Source: Candidatus Kerfeldbacteria bacterium
GTDB lineage: Bacteria > Patescibacteriota > Patescibacteriia > UBA9570
Direction of reading: 5' to 3'
Assembly: GCA_016182495.1 (NCBI GenBank)
Contig: JACPGK010000032.1
Span: 23,917 to 87,916 of the forward strand
Length of the DNA: 64,000 nt
The notes under the pieces are model-generated. The model saw only the letters and a list, made by a program, of their open reading frames with translations. It had not been told where the DNA came from and did not search any database. Shown one piece after another: positions 28,046-39,300 of the stretch. Position 1 is the stretch's first letter. The number at the start of each line of letters is the position of its first letter. The position numbers and the translations under genes were made by a program.

Positions 28046-29815
28046 TTAATTGGATTCAACCACTACCCCATCATCGGTAGCGGCTGGATCGGTATTGAGC
28101 TTGGTAGTCACTTGGTCGGTTTGGGTTTGCATTGGCTGATCGGTTGCTTGATCGGTAGCTGTAACAATGGCTTCGTTTACCAACACGACCAGTTTATTCA
28201 CATCACCTTTGCTTGGCGTAATGGATACTGAAAAATCGGCTTGTTTGGTAACACCACTATCAACTGATTTTAAAGTGAAGGTAACACTACGATCGCTGGC
28301 ATTGTAACTTAGTCGGTTGTCATCAGTATCAATAAAGGTAGTAGTATCGGGCAAGCTGGCTGTCATGGTAATGTTTTCCATAGTACTACCCGTGGCCGTT
28401 ACCAGCCAACGAATTGTATAGGTAGTTGTTTCTCCAACCTGTGGTGGAGTAGGGCCACTGCCAAGTTTTGTTAAGTCGTCATCGTAGTAACGACCAAATG
28501 ATGCCGCTGTTAAACTACCACTTAAAGTTGTGGTTACCGTGGCAATTTGCTCAAAACTCACCGGAATATCGGCTGTGTGAGCGCTCATTACTGCTAGAGT
28601 GGCAGTAATAGTACTGGCATCTTCTATGGCGGTATTGGGAACAACCAATTGATACCCCAGGGTAGCGGTTTGATTTGATTTTAATTCATCAATCGCCTCT
28701 AACGTTACTGCTGCTGAATCGACTGCCTCACCGCTAAATTCTAGCTGTAGAGTAACATCATCTAAGCTAACGGTTGAAGTATTTTCAATAGTAATATCGT
28801 AATCAATGGTTTCGCCAGGAGAAACAAATTCAGGCGCATTGAGCTGTAAGCGTAATTCTGGATTAATCACTGTAATGATTGTACTGGTTTCTGCTTGCAC
28901 ATTAAAAAAACCATCCGGTTCTAGTAAGCCTAACTGGACAATAAATTCTTCCGTACTGCCATCTTTAGCTGCCAGATCACCGCTCACCGTAACCGTGACT
29001 GAACTATTCTGATCAATTTGATCAAACACCCAAGTATGATTACTTTGAGTAGCGCTCGGATCAGCTGAACTCGGACTAAAGGTATCAGGATACTGCACGT
29101 ACGCTTTGACATTGGTGAGTGGTAAACTAGCCGTATTGGTAACTGTAAAAACATAATCAATCACTTCGCCAGTGCGGGCTTGTTCCGGAGCAGTCACCGC
29201 TACTTTCATAATTGAATCATTCAGTTGCATGGAGATATGACTGGACGTTTGAAAATCGGAACTAAAATTGACTGGCTGATAGGTAAATAGTACGGTGAAA
29301 TCTTTACTATCCCCTTTTTGACCAACCAGTTGACCAGTGAAATCAATAGTGGCACTGGCTCCGGCCGGTAATTGGCTGACTGACCAGCTGGTGGTGTTTG
29401 GCGCATTTGGTTGTGGTTGAGCAGATCGTAAATAAAATCCAGCCGGTAGCACTAATTCGATGTCGCCGTGGTCAATCGCTACCGAGCTGTTATTGGTATA
29501 TGTAATCGTCAACGCCACTTCGTCACCCGAGGCTACGGCCGCTGGTGCAGCTAGCGCAATAATCACATCGCTCGAGCTTACTCCCGGCCGACTAGCACCA
29601 AATACGATATAGCCCAAGGCTGTAGCCACCAGTGATAGCACCATAATGGCTAACACCAATAATCCAATTGGTTTACGCGCTGTGGTTGTACGACGTTCCA
29701 GGGTAGTCATATCAACAGCCCCTTGAGTATGATCGTTTTGATACAGTTTGATCAATTCATCGTGATGATCAACATTAGCAGTAGTTGCTGTGCTCACCTT
29801 TTTTTTCTTGGACAT
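28046..29815 (-). CDS. Membrane-anchored protein with repeated Ig-like (DUF11-like) domains
   Basis: One TM helix, then repeats AP..V.SGDEV.LTITYTN / APEQARTGEVIDYVFTVTN / APEFVSPGETIDYDITIEN; GPTPPQVGETTTYTIRW. Confidence 0.75.
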   Translation of the reverse strand: MSKKKKVSTATTANVDHHDELIKLYQNDHTQGAVDMTTLERRTTTARKPIGLLVLAIMVLSLVATALGYIVFGASRPGVSSSDVIIALAAPAAVASGDEVALTITYTNNSSVAIDHGDIELVLPAGFYLRSAQPQPNAPNTTSWSVSQLPAGASATIDFTGQLVGQKGDSKDFTVLFTYQPVNFSSDFQTSSHISMQLNDSIMKVAVTAPEQARTGEVIDYVFTVTNTASLPLTNVKAYVQYPDTFSPSSADPSATQSNHTWVFDQIDQNSSVTVTVSGDLAAKDGSTEEFIVQLGLLEPDGFFNVQAETSTIITVINPELRLQLNAPEFVSPGETIDYDITIENTSTVSLDDVTLQLEFSGEAVDSAAVTLEAIDELKSNQTATLGYQLVVPNTAIEDASTITATLAVMSAHTADIPVSFEQIATVTTTLSGSLTAASFGRYYDDDLTKLGSGPTPPQVGETTTYTIRWLVTATGSTMENITMTASLPDTTTFIDTDDNRLSYNASDRSVTFTLKSVDSGVTKQADFSVSITPSKGDVNKLVVLVNEAIVTATDQATDQPMQTQTDQVTTKLNTDPAATDDGVVVESN

Positions 29816-29822
29816 GGCGATA

Positions 29823-30440
29823 TTATACTAAAAGAATATTGGCTTGTACATGTGCCGGGCCATGCTGTATCAACCAGCGCTGCATACTAGCCACAATGCC
29901 TTGCCATTGACTATTGGTTAAGCGCAACTTTTGCACGCTCTGATAAGGTGTACTGGTTAACCACTGGATAATTTTAATCACCTCGGACTGATTCGTTTGA
30001 GCGGCTAAATCATAGCCTAATACCCGAATCACTTTGCAAGCAAAACTACACAACACGGTGCGATGAGCTCCGGTTTGATCAATCCAGGCTAAAATTTCAT
30101 ACAGCAATTGGTATAATACCGTATCGGCGGCCCCTTCGGGAGTAAGATCACCTACTAATTGGGTACACCAATGAGCGGCCTGCCACGACTGTTGCTGGGC
30201 TGTAATATGTTTAAACCGATGCCGGATAACGGCGCCACCTATTTTTGGACGTTGCCGAGCAGCGATTAAATATAAATCAATTTCGGCAAACGGTTCTAGG
30301 CTGCCAGCTAGCTTTGATTGCAGTTTGCGTACGCCATGTCCACGGACAATTTGCTTACCGGCTGTTTCAGAATACACTGTGTATACTCGATCGGCTTCTC
30401 GCCAGGCGCGATAGTACAGCACAATCGCTCGAGTATTCAT
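29823..30440 (-). CDS. recO: DNA repair protein RecO
   Basis: AIVL...WREADR...YS..AGK, GVRK..SKLAGSLEPF. Confidence 0.88.
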   Translation of the reverse strand: MNTRAIVLYYRAWREADRVYTVYSETAGKQIVRGHGVRKLQSKLAGSLEPFAEIDLYLIAARQRPKIGGAVIRHRFKHITAQQQSWQAAHWCTQLVGDLTPEGAADTVLYQLLYEILAWIDQTGAHRTVLCSFACKVIRVLGYDLAAQTNQSEVIKIIQWLTSTPYQSVQKLRLTNSQWQGIVASMQRWLIQHGPAHVQANILLV

Positions 30441-33268
30441 CGCTGCAATACCACCGATATTTTTGCCTGATTGACGGTTAATTCTACAGCGGCTGCATCA
30501 AGTTGAGTAGCTGGTTCCAACCGATTGGCCAGTACGCTGCGTTGTAATAATTCAGCCTGCTGACTGAATATACTCTGCAGCACTGGATCGCTAGTCATGT
30601 ACTGTAGCACCACCTGATCGTGAATACTTAAACCTTGTTGTTTACGCAAAGCATTAATTTGACGAACTAATTCTCGCAGCATGCCTTGCTGGGCTAACTC
30701 GGGAGTAATAACGGTATCTAATTGATAATCTGCCCCGGGCTGAATCTGCTGCACATTCACTTCTGCCGCCACTACGCTGATCAGCTCATTTGACCATTGC
30801 TCACTGTGCGGAACGGTAGCACTGGTTAATGGTTGACGCACTTTCAGGCCAGCGTGTTCACGCAGGGCCAATATTTTTTCTACGGCCTGACGCGCTAACG
30901 CCATCTGTTCCAGCACCGTGGCATCATAGTACGATTGATCAAAGGCTGGCCAATCTGCCAAATGCACTGAATCACCAGTACCACCCAACTGTTGATAAAT
31001 ATGGTCACTAATAAAAGGAGTAAATGGAGCTAATAATTTAGTGACGGTTAATACCACATAGCGCAAAGTAGCTAAAGTCGATTGAGCTTGATCGTCGGAT
31101 AATTTAATTCGATCACGACTACGCCGGATATACCAGGTTGATAATTCTTGAATAAAACTTTCCAATTGATGAGTGGCGCTGGCTAAATCGTACTGTTCCA
31201 TTGCCGTGGTGACCTGTTGTACTGTTTGCTGGCACAAGCTAACAATCCAACGATCCATAATGTGCTCCGTGCTTGGTTGGGCTGATGGCGTTTGATCACG
31301 GGCAAACAGTTGATAGAACGTAAAGATATTCCACAATGTTAACAGCACTTTTTTCATCACCAAATCAACTCCTTTTTCGGAAAAACGTAAATCTTCTGCC
31401 TGCACTACCGGTGAACTCATCAAATAAAACCGTAAAGCATCGGCTCCGTATTTATTTAATACCAATTCGGGTTCAGGATAATTTTTTAAACGTTTACTCA
31501 TTTTTTTACCATCTTCAGCCAATACTAACCCATTCACAATCACGTTACGAAAAGCCGGTTTATCAAATAACGCCGTGCTTAACACCATCAAGGTATAAAA
31601 CCAACCACGAGTTTGATCTTGCCCTTCGGCAATAAATTGGGCCGGAAAGTTAGCCTCAAACTCGGCTTTATGTTCAAAAGGATAGTGTTGTTGCCCATAC
31701 GGCATGGCACCAGATTCGAACCAACAATCCACTACCTGGGGGATGCGCTTAAACTGTTTGTTATCCTTTGTAATCACAATTGGATCAACATATTGTTTAT
31801 GCAGATCAGTTACGGTGACGCCGGATAATTCAGCCAATTCAGCCATACTACTCACACAAATCACCTCACCGTCAGCTGCCTTCCAAATAGGCAATGGCGC
31901 GCCCCAATAACGATCACGTGAAATGGCCCAATCTTTGGCTCCGGCTAGCCACTTACCAAACCGGCCAGCTTTAATATGATCGGGCAGCCAGTGAATTAGG
32001 TCGTTATTTTTAAGCAGACGTTCTTTTAGATTTGTCACCCGAACAAACCAAGAAGTTGTGGCATAGTTCAACAAGGGAGTATCACAGCGCCAACAGTGCG
32101 GATAGTTATGGCGATACGTTTCAGTGCGCCACACTAGACCAGCTGATTGGACTAATTCCAATAACTTAGCTTGCCCCCGTTTCACTGGTAAGCCAGCCAA
32201 CGGTTTAGTTAACTGGTTAAAGGTACCGTCCATATCAACATCCATCACCATTGGCAAATGATTGGTTTGGGCTGCTTGCATATCAATATCCCCATAGGAA
32301 CCGTTAATAGTGACAATGCCCGTACCCTCGGTGACTTCAACATAATCGGCGGCAAACACATGGTACACGTTGGGATTATTTTTTACTTCCGGTACATCAC
32401 GGTAATAGTCAACAATCGGTTGATAGGCTAACCCAACCAGCTGATCACCTTTGAATTCATCAATCACTTGGTAATGAGTAACGTTCTGCATCACTGTGGC
32501 CAGGCGATCTTTCACGCAAATCACATAGTCGTCACCCACTTTAACTTTCACATACGTATGCTGTACACCAACCGATAATCCCATGGTAGTTGGCGTGCTC
32601 CAGGGTGTAGTGGTCCAAGCCAGTAAGTAGGTGTTTGGTTGATTGAGCACTTTAAATTTCCAGGTGACGGCGATATCATCAACCTCGCGATAGCCTAAAG
32701 TGACTTCAAAATTCGATAACGGCGTGACACAACGTGGGCACACATGCATGGCTTTTTTACCTTCGTAAATTAAGCCTTGTTTATATAATTCACTAAATAC
32801 CCACCAGACCGATTCCATAAAAGTGGGATCCATAGTGCGGTAGTCGTTATCCATATCCACCCACCGCCCTAATCGCTCAATGGTACTGCGCCATTCTTTG
32901 GTGTAGCGTAACACACTATCGCGGCAGGCATCGTTAAATTTAGCCACCCCAATGGCTTCAATATCCTGTTTGGTTTTTAGGCCCAATTCTTGTTCAATCA
33001 AATTTTCCACTGGCAAGCCGTGACAATCCCAACCCCAACGCCGTTCTACTCGATAGCCACGCATAGTGGCATAACGTGGTACGACATCTTTGATAGTGGA
33101 AGCAACAATATGACCATAATGGGGTAAGCCGGTAGCAAAGGGCGGGCCATCATAAAATACAAAGGAACGATCAACTGGTCGCTGGCTGACGGATCGTTCA
33201 AAAATGTTTAGTTGTTTCCAACGCTCACTGACTTGTTGCTCAAGTTGGGCAAAATTTGGTTGCGGCAT
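30437..33268 (-). CDS. ileS: Isoleucine--tRNA ligase (type 2)
   Basis: DGPPFATGLPHYGH, GWDCHGLP, WTTTPWS, DWAISRDRYWG, EGQDQTRGWFY, KMSKR. ATG at 33268. Confidence 0.95.
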   Translation of the reverse strand: MPQPNFAQLEQQVSERWKQLNIFERSVSQRPVDRSFVFYDGPPFATGLPHYGHIVASTIKDVVPRYATMRGYRVERRWGWDCHGLPVENLIEQELGLKTKQDIEAIGVAKFNDACRDSVLRYTKEWRSTIERLGRWVDMDNDYRTMDPTFMESVWWVFSELYKQGLIYEGKKAMHVCPRCVTPLSNFEVTLGYREVDDIAVTWKFKVLNQPNTYLLAWTTTPWSTPTTMGLSVGVQHTYVKVKVGDDYVICVKDRLATVMQNVTHYQVIDEFKGDQLVGLAYQPIVDYYRDVPEVKNNPNVYHVFAADYVEVTEGTGIVTINGSYGDIDMQAAQTNHLPMVMDVDMDGTFNQLTKPLAGLPVKRGQAKLLELVQSAGLVWRTETYRHNYPHCWRCDTPLLNYATTSWFVRVTNLKERLLKNNDLIHWLPDHIKAGRFGKWLAGAKDWAISRDRYWGAPLPIWKAADGEVICVSSMAELAELSGVTVTDLHKQYVDPIVITKDNKQFKRIPQVVDCWFESGAMPYGQQHYPFEHKAEFEANFPAQFIAEGQDQTRGWFYTLMVLSTALFDKPAFRNVIVNGLVLAEDGKKMSKRLKNYPEPELVLNKYGADALRFYLMSSPVVQAEDLRFSEKGVDLVMKKVLLTLWNIFTFYQLFARDQTPSAQPSTEHIMDRWIVSLCQQTVQQVTTAMEQYDLASATHQLESFIQELSTWYIRRSRDRIKLSDDQAQSTLATLRYVVLTVTKLLAPFTPFISDHIYQQLGGTGDSVHLADWPAFDQSYYDATVLEQMALARQAVEKILALREHAGLKVRQPLTSATVPHSEQWSNELISVVAAEVNVQQIQPGADYQLDTVITPELAQQGMLRELVRQINALRKQQGLSIHDQVVLQYMTSDPVLQSIFSQQAELLQRSVLANRLEPATQLDAAAVELTVNQAKISVVLQR

Positions 33269-33313
33269 AATAAAATTTGCCCGAACTATAGCATTGTTTG
33301 GCGTGAATGGCAA

Positions 33314-36300
33314 TTAGCCAGGAAATTCAAATAATTGTTTGGCTTGAATGGCTTTATTTTTTAAGCGCTCAACCAACGTAGCCATACCCGCGGGAGTATC
33401 TAAGTGAAAAGCAGCCACTAATGCTGGTCCGCGCAAGGCTTTGGCGCGGTCATCATCGCGCAGGCCATCACGTAATTTTGTGACAATAGGTTTGATAAAT
33501 ACTCCTTCGTTTGTTAAAGCTTCGCGTAAAGCTGTTACTACCGCAGGCGATTTGATCCAGTCAGGAACTTGTTTGCCGAGATTACCAAATTTAACCCATT
33601 GTTTTGCTTCAGCTTTTAATGCGTCTGGTTCAACTGCCACGGGTTCAGCAACCGGTACTACTGCTTCCTCGACTGGAGCTGGAGTTTCTGCTGCCGACGC
33701 TGCCTCGTCTGCAATTGGAACAGCTGCTTGAATTTCAGCTGGTGCTGCTGCAGCCGGCGCTTCAACTGGTTCAGCCGCAAGTGCTTCGGCCACAATTGGT
33801 TTACGTGATTTTCGTGCTGGCTTGTTTACGTCTTGAACAACTGGTTCATCAACTCTAGTTTTAGCTTTAACTCTACCTTTTTTAATTGGTATTGCTGGGG
33901 TGGCAGCTGGTTCTTCAACTGCAACAGCTGCTGGGGCAGGTGCTGGCACTGGTTCAGCTGGTGGTTGGGGTAAATCACGCAGAATTGTTTTTAAGTTTAC
34001 TTGGTTAGGTTTTTTGCCTAGTGTTGTTAACAAAGCAGCCACCGCTGGTTGATACGGTTCATCATTAGCTTGCACTAAACCAACGGCTTTGAGAGTATCG
34101 GCCACTGTTCGACCGGCGTTGTTATCGGGTGATAATGCTAATTGCAAACTATCCAAATTGGGTTTGCGGCGAGTTTCTTTAACATGCACCAAACCTACTC
34201 GTAAGGCTTCAATTAAAGCTGGATGATTCAACATTGTTCTCAAGTCTATAAATTCTGGCAAGGCATTAACTTTAGCTTGTTCTCCATTGAATAGTTCAGC
34301 TAGGTTGCCAAGACCTTTATGTTCATCAACCCCTGCTGCTACTACCACTCGCGGAGCTTCTGTAACCCAAGGCCTAGCCCCTGCTGCACTTGACCGACCG
34401 CTGCGACCGGATTTTTTGCCAAGATCAATTGGATAATCAAATACATCAGCTGCCAAAGTTTTACCGTTCTTAATATTAGTCAGCACTGTTCCTAAACGCT
34501 CGTTGCTAAATTGATGTTCAGCTGAAACTAAACCACTAGCCCGCTGCACTGCTACACCAATATTTTCTGTGGCTGCTGGCTGTACGGTAGCATGTAACTC
34601 TTGAACAGCCTGGGCAAGGGTTTGCGCCTGTGGTGCTTGTAGTAATTCATTGGGTAAATCGAGTAAGCGGGCAAAAATGAAATCGGTAAAGGTGCCGCCA
34701 AAATTGCGTACAATCACGCGCATGGCCTGGGCTAATTGATTATGTCGCTCAAGCTCTGCACCGGTTGGTTCAGCTTCACCACTATCCCGGTAAATATTAG
34801 CTTCGCCGCGATTGGCTCGTTCCACAATTTCAGTCAGTCGTTCAGTGTTCGGTGTGTCATCTTCTACTAAGCCAGTGGCTATCCCCAAATCCTGCTCAAA
34901 CCGACGATCAACCAAATTACGATTCAACCGCCGTTCGTTCAGCAAATGATCAATGATTCTAATCTGATCAACTGGGTTAGCAACCAGAGTTGTTATTCGA
35001 TGGGTGATATCTTTGCCTAATTTATCACCAAAAATTTTAGTAATTCTTTCCTGTTTACTAGCTAACCGTTCGGGTAAATCCACTTGCGCTCTAAAAAATC
35101 CATCCAGCACTTGGCGAAAGCCATTGATAGCTCCTATTAATTTATTATAATCACGTTGAGCTTGCTCACTGGCGCGAGCATCAGCTGGCGGTAATTCCAA
35201 TACCTTTCCATCAGCTTGAATTAAGGCCAAACGTGGCTCAATAGTATCAGTTAAAACCGTTCGGTAAGCTTGGGCTCCAGCTACATCGAGTGGTGGTTTT
35301 TTAGGAATTTTCGGCACCTCTACATGAGCTATAAACCAGCGTAACCGAGCTTTCAAAGCACCATTTAATACGTAGGAGCGATTATCTAATTCACGCTGAC
35401 ATAGCGCCGCAAAGCTTGCCGGATCGGTAAAGCCCCTACCACTTGGATTACGCACCGGTGCGCGTTTCAGTTCATCAGGCATAGCTGTTTGCACGGTATT
35501 CAAAGTAGCTTGTAAAGCAACCAGCCGTTGCTTGAGCCCTTGTTCAACTGTCCGAGTAGTATCATCAGATACCCGCGAAGCTGCTGAATCGGCGTTTTCA
35601 CAGTGTTTCTTCACTTCGCCAATTTGTACAAAAACTTCGTTGGCTGGCTGGAGTACTTCAGTGTTCAGCCGACTGACTAATGCAGTAGCTGCAGCCACTT
35701 GTTCAGTGGTAATTGGAGTTCGTTCAGAGGGAGAAGGTGCACCTGAAGCAACTGGGTTGGCGACGGTTGTCTGTGCTAAATCAGCAACGCACTGCTTTAC
35801 AATTGTGTCGGCACCGGCGATGATGTTTGCTTCGGATACAGTGGCTAAATCGGTAATGGTGTGACCATTAAATTCGGCGGCTGGGATAGTAGTAAGAGCA
35901 TCAGCTACTTGTGTCCGGAAATACTCTAGCACTGCTAATTGTTGTGATAGTGTTAAACCACGAGTGGTCATGGCTTCGGTAAAGCCACGTACGAACACAT
36001 TACCATATAAATCACGCAACTCACTTAATTGGCGATCCAGCTGAAGTTGTTCTTCTGGAGTATGAAAGGCTATATCCATTCTAAATAAAGGTTTTTGATT
36101 TTTGGCTAAACGTTCAGCCATGGCGGTTACTTCAGCTTCATTTACAAGATGAGTTGCGGAATCAACTAAACCGAGAGCAGCTAATAACGGTAGGTCTAAA
36201 GCTACGTTACGTAATGGCTGCCATTGTAGGCTCACTCGCAATGCCCTTACCGTATTGACTAACCGGCGCATGGCGGCGGCTTGCTTATCGGGATTAGACA

Positions 36301-39300
36301 AATGAGTACGTAAGCTTGCTAACAATGGAGTAAAAAAACTGTCATCAAAGTCAAAGCTAGTTCGTAAATCTTCGATGATAGCCGTGGTAGGATCAGTGGT
36401 TTCAGGTATCAGTTGAATGATATCTCGTTCAAAATTAACGGCTCGTGCCACCATGGCAGAAACATCGTCCGCTAGTACAGCTACGCGCTGATCGGGAGTA
36501 GCCGCGGTTAAAGCCAGTCCGCGTGGGCCAACCAAATGACGATTCCAACTGCCAATAAATGCAAGCAAAGCATTACGTTGTGATTCTAACTCTGGAGCAG
36601 CGCCCGTTAAAGCAAGCATCAATTGATCGCGAAATGATTCGCCAAACGTAGTTCCAACTACATCGCGTAGATGATTAATTTCACTGCGTAATTCGGCTGG
36701 GGTTTTTTTCAATTCAAAAATGCTAGCTGACCGTTGAATGATTCGGGTAAAAATATCTTGTAACCGCCGACGTTGGAGTCGACCAAGTCGATCGACAATA
36801 CGAACTTCAGCAAAAAAATCCATGTTGTTATCGGCTGTCACGGTTGATCCATCCGCTAACCGAAAGTTCCGTAATTGCTGCAGCAGATTATCTAACATCT
36901 CAACCACTACGTTATCAGTAAAAGGAACATTAGCGTCAGTTTCGGCAGTGCGTATGGCAGCTTGTAAGTCATTAGAAAAGCGTTCACCAAGCACCTGTTC
37001 TAATTGACCACCCAGTTGCCGAATACGTTCAGCAGGATTGGTTGGTACACCGAGATCAAAAATATTAGGCTGACGATCAATAATATCATACATTAAGCGC
37101 TGCCACACCGCTGGATTATCAGTACCATCTGCCTGGTGCACGCCAATGGCTTGAAAAAACTCACCCCGGGTAGCTTGGCTTACTGTTCGATTACCAGATA
37201 AGCGGTACGTGGTGATGGCCTGAAGGGCATGCCGTAACATTGCGGTAATTTCGCTGTTAGGAATGCTTTGCTGGCGCTGATGTTCAATGCCTTGAATGGT
37301 TGTTTCAAAACGACCCATGAAAGCCTGGCCAACAATGGCTTGTAATTGATTAAATTGGCGGCCTAAGTCTTGTAATTCGGCTTGTTGAGCAGCATTGCCC
37401 ACAGGGGCTGTAGCCACCCGTCGTTCCAGCGCCTGGCGAGCTAACTCGGCTGGGTTAGGTGCCGCTTGAGGGGGATGTGGTGGTACTGGGGCACCTGGTG
37501 CAGCGCCAGCAGCAGCAGCCGGGCCAGCACCAGCCGCGGTTGGCAGGGCAAAAATATCAGCCGCCGTTGCCATGATGCCAGCACATACTTGGCGCACCCG
37601 AGTTGGTACTAACTGACCACGGACATCGACTAAACCAACGTGTTGTAAAAATTCAACCCCTAATTGCATACCGGTTTGAGCAGCTAGTACGGTTCGCGCT
37701 TGAACAATAGCTAAATGATACATCCCTAACCGTTCAGCCGCAGTATAATTACGGCCGGTAGCTACTTCACTGGCTTGCACAGCGGCTGCCAAAGCAGTAA
37801 AAAAGTTATCACCAAAAATCTGCTTGATACGATTCACCTCTTGTTCTACCGCTTGGCCTTGCTGACGTTCTTGATTAATGGTCACTAATACATTTGGCGT
37901 ACCACGAATAATACCTTGCAATACTCGTCGTAACGGTGCCCCGGTGGCTAAGCGGCCACTGGTATCAGTCAACCCTAAATGTTCTAATAATTCATTACCA
38001 ACCCCTAAACCAGGGTGTAATCGCATCACTGCTTGTGCCTGTACCACAGCAAAATTATACATCACGACGCGGGCAGGGCGATTGAATTGGTGGCTAGTGC
38101 GAGTAGCTTCTTGCTGAATTTCAGCATCAAGCGCTGTAATAAATGGATCGCCAAAATGATGACGTAGTTCTGCTAAAGCATGATCGTGTGCTTCATAACT
38201 AGCCACGGCTGAAGCAAACTGACCTTCCAGTGCGGTAATGGCGGCATGTAATCCAGTCACCTGTGTTTGCATTGCCAAATACACTGGGGGGTTTAAAAAT
38301 TGAGGAAGTTGCGTTACTGTGGTTACATCCAGGTGCAGATCGTTTATTGGATTAAGCGCAGTGGCTCGTAAATTAGCCAATAACGTTTGCCATTCAACCA
38401 AGGTACCATTACCACTGGCCAAGCGGGCTTGGATATCGGTAGCCAATGGCTGCCAGGCAGTGGTTACTGCTGTAGCCAGACGGGTAGTGCGATCACAAAT
38501 GGTTTGATCTAACAAGCGGCCATGAGTTTCGGTTTGTTGATTAATAGCCGTCAAACGATCATTCAAGGTGGCTCCATTCTGTAAACGCAGTGACCCAACT
38601 CCCGAAAAAGTTGCCATACAATGTATGCGATACAGTTCCCGTAACTTATTTAATCGATCTTTAGCATCATGTTCTTTGGTGCGTACCTCGGCAGTAAGTT
38701 CGTTACGTTGCCAATGTTGTTGCAGTTCTGTCATTAACCGTTGCACGGCAACTAAATCTGGCTGGGCTTGAGTTTCAACTTGGCTATCAGTCTGTTCAGC
38801 TTGAGCTATTGCTTCTGGATGATCCAAATTAACTGCCCTCACCTGTTCATCGGTACTTATGATATGTTCCGAATGATTAGCCGAACGGTTATTATCAGCA
38901 ATAGCTGATGCTCCCAACATTTGTTCACCCAAAATACCGCCAGCTAATATTACACTGGCGCCTAACTTATCAACTAAGCCTGCTTCCCAGCGATCAGCCG
39001 CACTGGCTAAGGCCAGTTCAGTCAATACCCGACTAGTGCCCACTGGTTGATAAATATCTTGCAATAATAGTAAACGCACATCAGGATTAGTAGACACTAT
39101 GTCACCAACAATGGTATCGCCGGTTGGGGCTGGTGCCGCCGCGACAGCAGCGGCTTCGCGTATCGCTCGAGCTTGTTCTACTAATTGCATCCACCGTTGA
39201 TTAACTCCAACATAGTCTGGGGCGCCGGAACCATCAACAAAGCGCAATTCGTGACTACGAATAAAGGCAGTATCTTTTCCTTGAAAAGCTTCATGTAAAG

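Noticed and set aside
33269-33313. T-box leaders for ileS (and argS)
   Set aside because: The -10 boxes lie only 16 and 13 nt from the starts, leaving no room for a leader RNA.
33620-33975. Low-complexity Pro/Ala/Glu stretch
   Set aside because: Protein linker; no exact DNA tandem repeat or spacer structure.
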